NCBI GenBank assembly: GCA_027923505.1 | Contig: BROI01000006.1 | Span: 806,001-870,000 of the forward strand | Length of the DNA: 64,000 nt | Source: Mayamaea pseudoterrestris | Taxonomy: Eukaryota | Reading direction: 5' to 3' | Shown: positions 62,291 through 64,000 of the stretch, piece by piece | Numbering within the stretch: the stretch's first letter is position 1 | How the letters are laid out: every line of letters begins with the position of its first letter | Program-made: the position numbers and the translations under genes | The notes under the pieces: model-generated | What the model saw: only the letters and a program-made list of their open reading frames with translations | Database searches by the model: none | What the model was told of the DNA's origin: nothing

Positions 62291-62828
62291 TGTTAGATAT
62301 TGTGCTCGACTGCTTTAGCCTGCTTGGAGAAATATTCTCTATATATAGCCTGTCAAGCGCTCTTGCGCTCTTTGATCAATGCAAAGTATTGAATTTTGTG
62401 GCATTGAAAGCTGCTGTAGCCATCTGTAAGGGGTCAACAGTATAATATTTTACTGGTACGAGAGAATGGTGAGCATGAAATGCGGGTCTCGTCGGTTGGT
62501 TAGCGCAAGGTCATAGCGGTAATGACGGCGGACCGACAGACGCTCGAAGCGACCGCAAAAGTGATAACTTCTACAACACACCGTAATGGCCACACCACTG
62601 TGTTGCCCCTTAGCCGGTAGGTTGGAGTCTCTATTCCCTCAAAGGTGCTTCGCCTCGATCCGATGATCAAGATGGGTTCAAGGAAATTGTGAGGCTCCAA
62701 CCATCGGCCTCGGTATTTACTATTAGGTTATTCTATCCTACTCCCTTTGGTCCACGATTCCAGATTCCAGGCCGTTAGCTAGGTCACCATCGCCAGCACA
62801 TCTTCGACACACTGTCGAGATTCTAACA
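62291..62828 (-). repeat. Putative 3' LTR of the second copia element
   Basis: 7-bp terminal inverted repeats TGTTAGA/TCTAACA; adjacent PPT at 62829-62836. The partner LTR is outside the window. Confidence 0.75.
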
Positions 62829-62870
62829 CTCCTCTTGAGCTACTAATGCACCGTGGCTCACCAAAGCTAT

Positions 62871-64000
62871 TTAACCATACATGAATCCAGCAACCAGCTT
62901 CCGAAACGTTGCCTGCGTTTGACCCTTCGTCAAGCAGTCCGCAAAGTTGTCGGTCCCATCAATCTTGATAGGATGCGCAATCCCCGCCGCAGCAGCCTCT
63001 CTCGTCTTGTGGTAAGCAATCGCCACATGCTTCTTCTTCAACAAGCTTTCCTTCATCGTCGAGTTCATGATGACTGCGCCGTTGTCCCCGCAAATGAGAC
63101 TTGGTTTAGACACCTTAACACCCAGACAACGAAGCATGTAACGGGTTGCAATCAGCTCTTCCACAGCCGTTCGCATTGCACAAAACTCAGCCCCATATGT
63201 AGACGTTTCAATCGCTCCTTGTCGTTTGCTCTGATGAAACACAGGAGTCCGACCAATAGCAATCAAAAGTCCTGTAATGGATCGCCTGGTAACCAAATCG
63301 TGAGCATGGTCCGAATCAACGAAAACGGTGATCGCCATCTCATCAATCAATGGTTTTGGTAAACTTGTATCAATCTCCTCGCTGGCTCCTTCATACAAAC
63401 CCGCAAACTCCTTTGTGAAATCAATCTTTAAAGCGTCTGCGCCGCCCTCATAGATTGGATCACGCGAATCAACAACAATGCGCCAATTCGGACGTCGTTT
63501 GAGATAGCCAAAGACTTGTAGCACTCGCTCGAGATGCCCCCTATGCGGGCATGCCGTAAAATGCGCAAGAGACGTATTAGCATGAGCGACATCAATCCTT
63601 CCAATGGTAACAATCCATACCAGCATGCCAATAAGCATTTGATACTTTCGATGCTCATCGTCGTTGAGCAATGGCGAGTCATCCATCTCTGGATGATCAC
63701 CCGTTGCTGTCGGATTAATGTGCTTCCGCAATTCACCAAACATGCCCTCGACACGCTTGATGGCCTCAGTCAAATACTTCCTGCAACCAATACACCAGCG
63801 ACCCCGTTTGTCCTGTTTGTAATCGTTTCCAAGGTAGTAATCCGGCGGACCAATCGCCTTGACCGAGTAAACAAGCTGGATTGCCTCCATGATGGCTTCC
63901 GGCTTCTTAGCGACAATCATAAAATCGTCCACATGCGTACAGATATACTCATAATGAGTCTCGTCTTCAGCCAAACGAATCCATACGTCTTTGTCATACC
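62871..64000 (-). CDS. Copia pol, RT and RNase H portion (5' end outside the window)
   Basis: YICTHVDDFM, YYLGND, GRIDV, FVDSDHAHD..TRRSITG, STYGAEF, GDN, ADCLTK; the frame is open to the window end. Confidence 0.93.
   Translation of the reverse strand, partial: YDKDVWIRLAEDETHYEYICTHVDDFMIVAKKPEAIMEAIQLVYSVKAIGPPDYYLGNDYKQDKRGRWCIGCRKYLTEAIKRVEGMFGELRKHINPTATGDHPEMDDSPLLNDDEHRKYQMLIGMLVWIVTIGRIDVAHANTSLAHFTACPHRGHLERVLQVFGYLKRRPNWRIVVDSRDPIYEGGADALKIDFTKEFAGLYEGASEEIDTSLPKPLIDEMAITVFVDSDHAHDLVTRRSITGLLIAIGRTPVFHQSKRQGAIETSTYGAEFCAMRTAVEELIATRYMLRCLGVKVSKPSLICGDNGAVIMNSTMKESLLKKKHVAIAYHKTREAAAAGIAHPIKIDGTDNFADCLTKGQTQATFRKLVAGFMYG

Larger units (their letters stand above)
62291..64000 (-). 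mobile_element. Second Ty1/copia LTR retrotransposon, 3' part only
   Basis: RT/RNase H ORF followed on the minus strand by PPT AAGAGGAG and a 538-bp LTR with TGTTAGA...TCTAACA ends. Confidence 0.9.

Overview
Gene-dense eukaryotic nuclear DNA with short GT-AG introns. It is almost certainly from a diatom, probably a pennate one: there are bipartite ASAFAP-type plastid presequences, a divergent VDE-ZEP pair and diatom-type Ty1/copia elements. About 26 protein genes are visible, including MAF1 (partial), a double-PH protein, a kinesin-6, OTUD6-like, RPLP2, an XRN-family nuclease, VKOR, fibrillarin, NTF2, REX4-like, an HA-domain protein, COX6B, TAPT1, a RING/GAF regulator, VDE, ZEP, a K+ channel, several disordered Ser/Arg-rich proteins and five members of one diatom ankyrin-like family. 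One intact copia element (27550-32775) has identical 211-bp LTRs and a GCTTC target-site duplication; a second copia element is cut by the window end. The strongest leads are: (1) the intact copia element lacks a TGG tRNA primer-binding site and instead has a 15-nt perfect complement to a segment of its own LTR, the geometry of Tf1-type self-priming; (2) a catalytically intact XRN 5'-3' exoribonuclease carries a plastid-type presequence; (3) a 42-bp tandem array places bZIP/aureochrome-type sites four helical turns apart in a divergent promoter; (4) five dAnk-like genes occur in the window, four of them around a cytokinesis kinesin; (5) a short motif (SFDFSxVx[FW]) is shared by three neighbouring disordered proteins. 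All calls come from reading motifs by eye; no database search was run.
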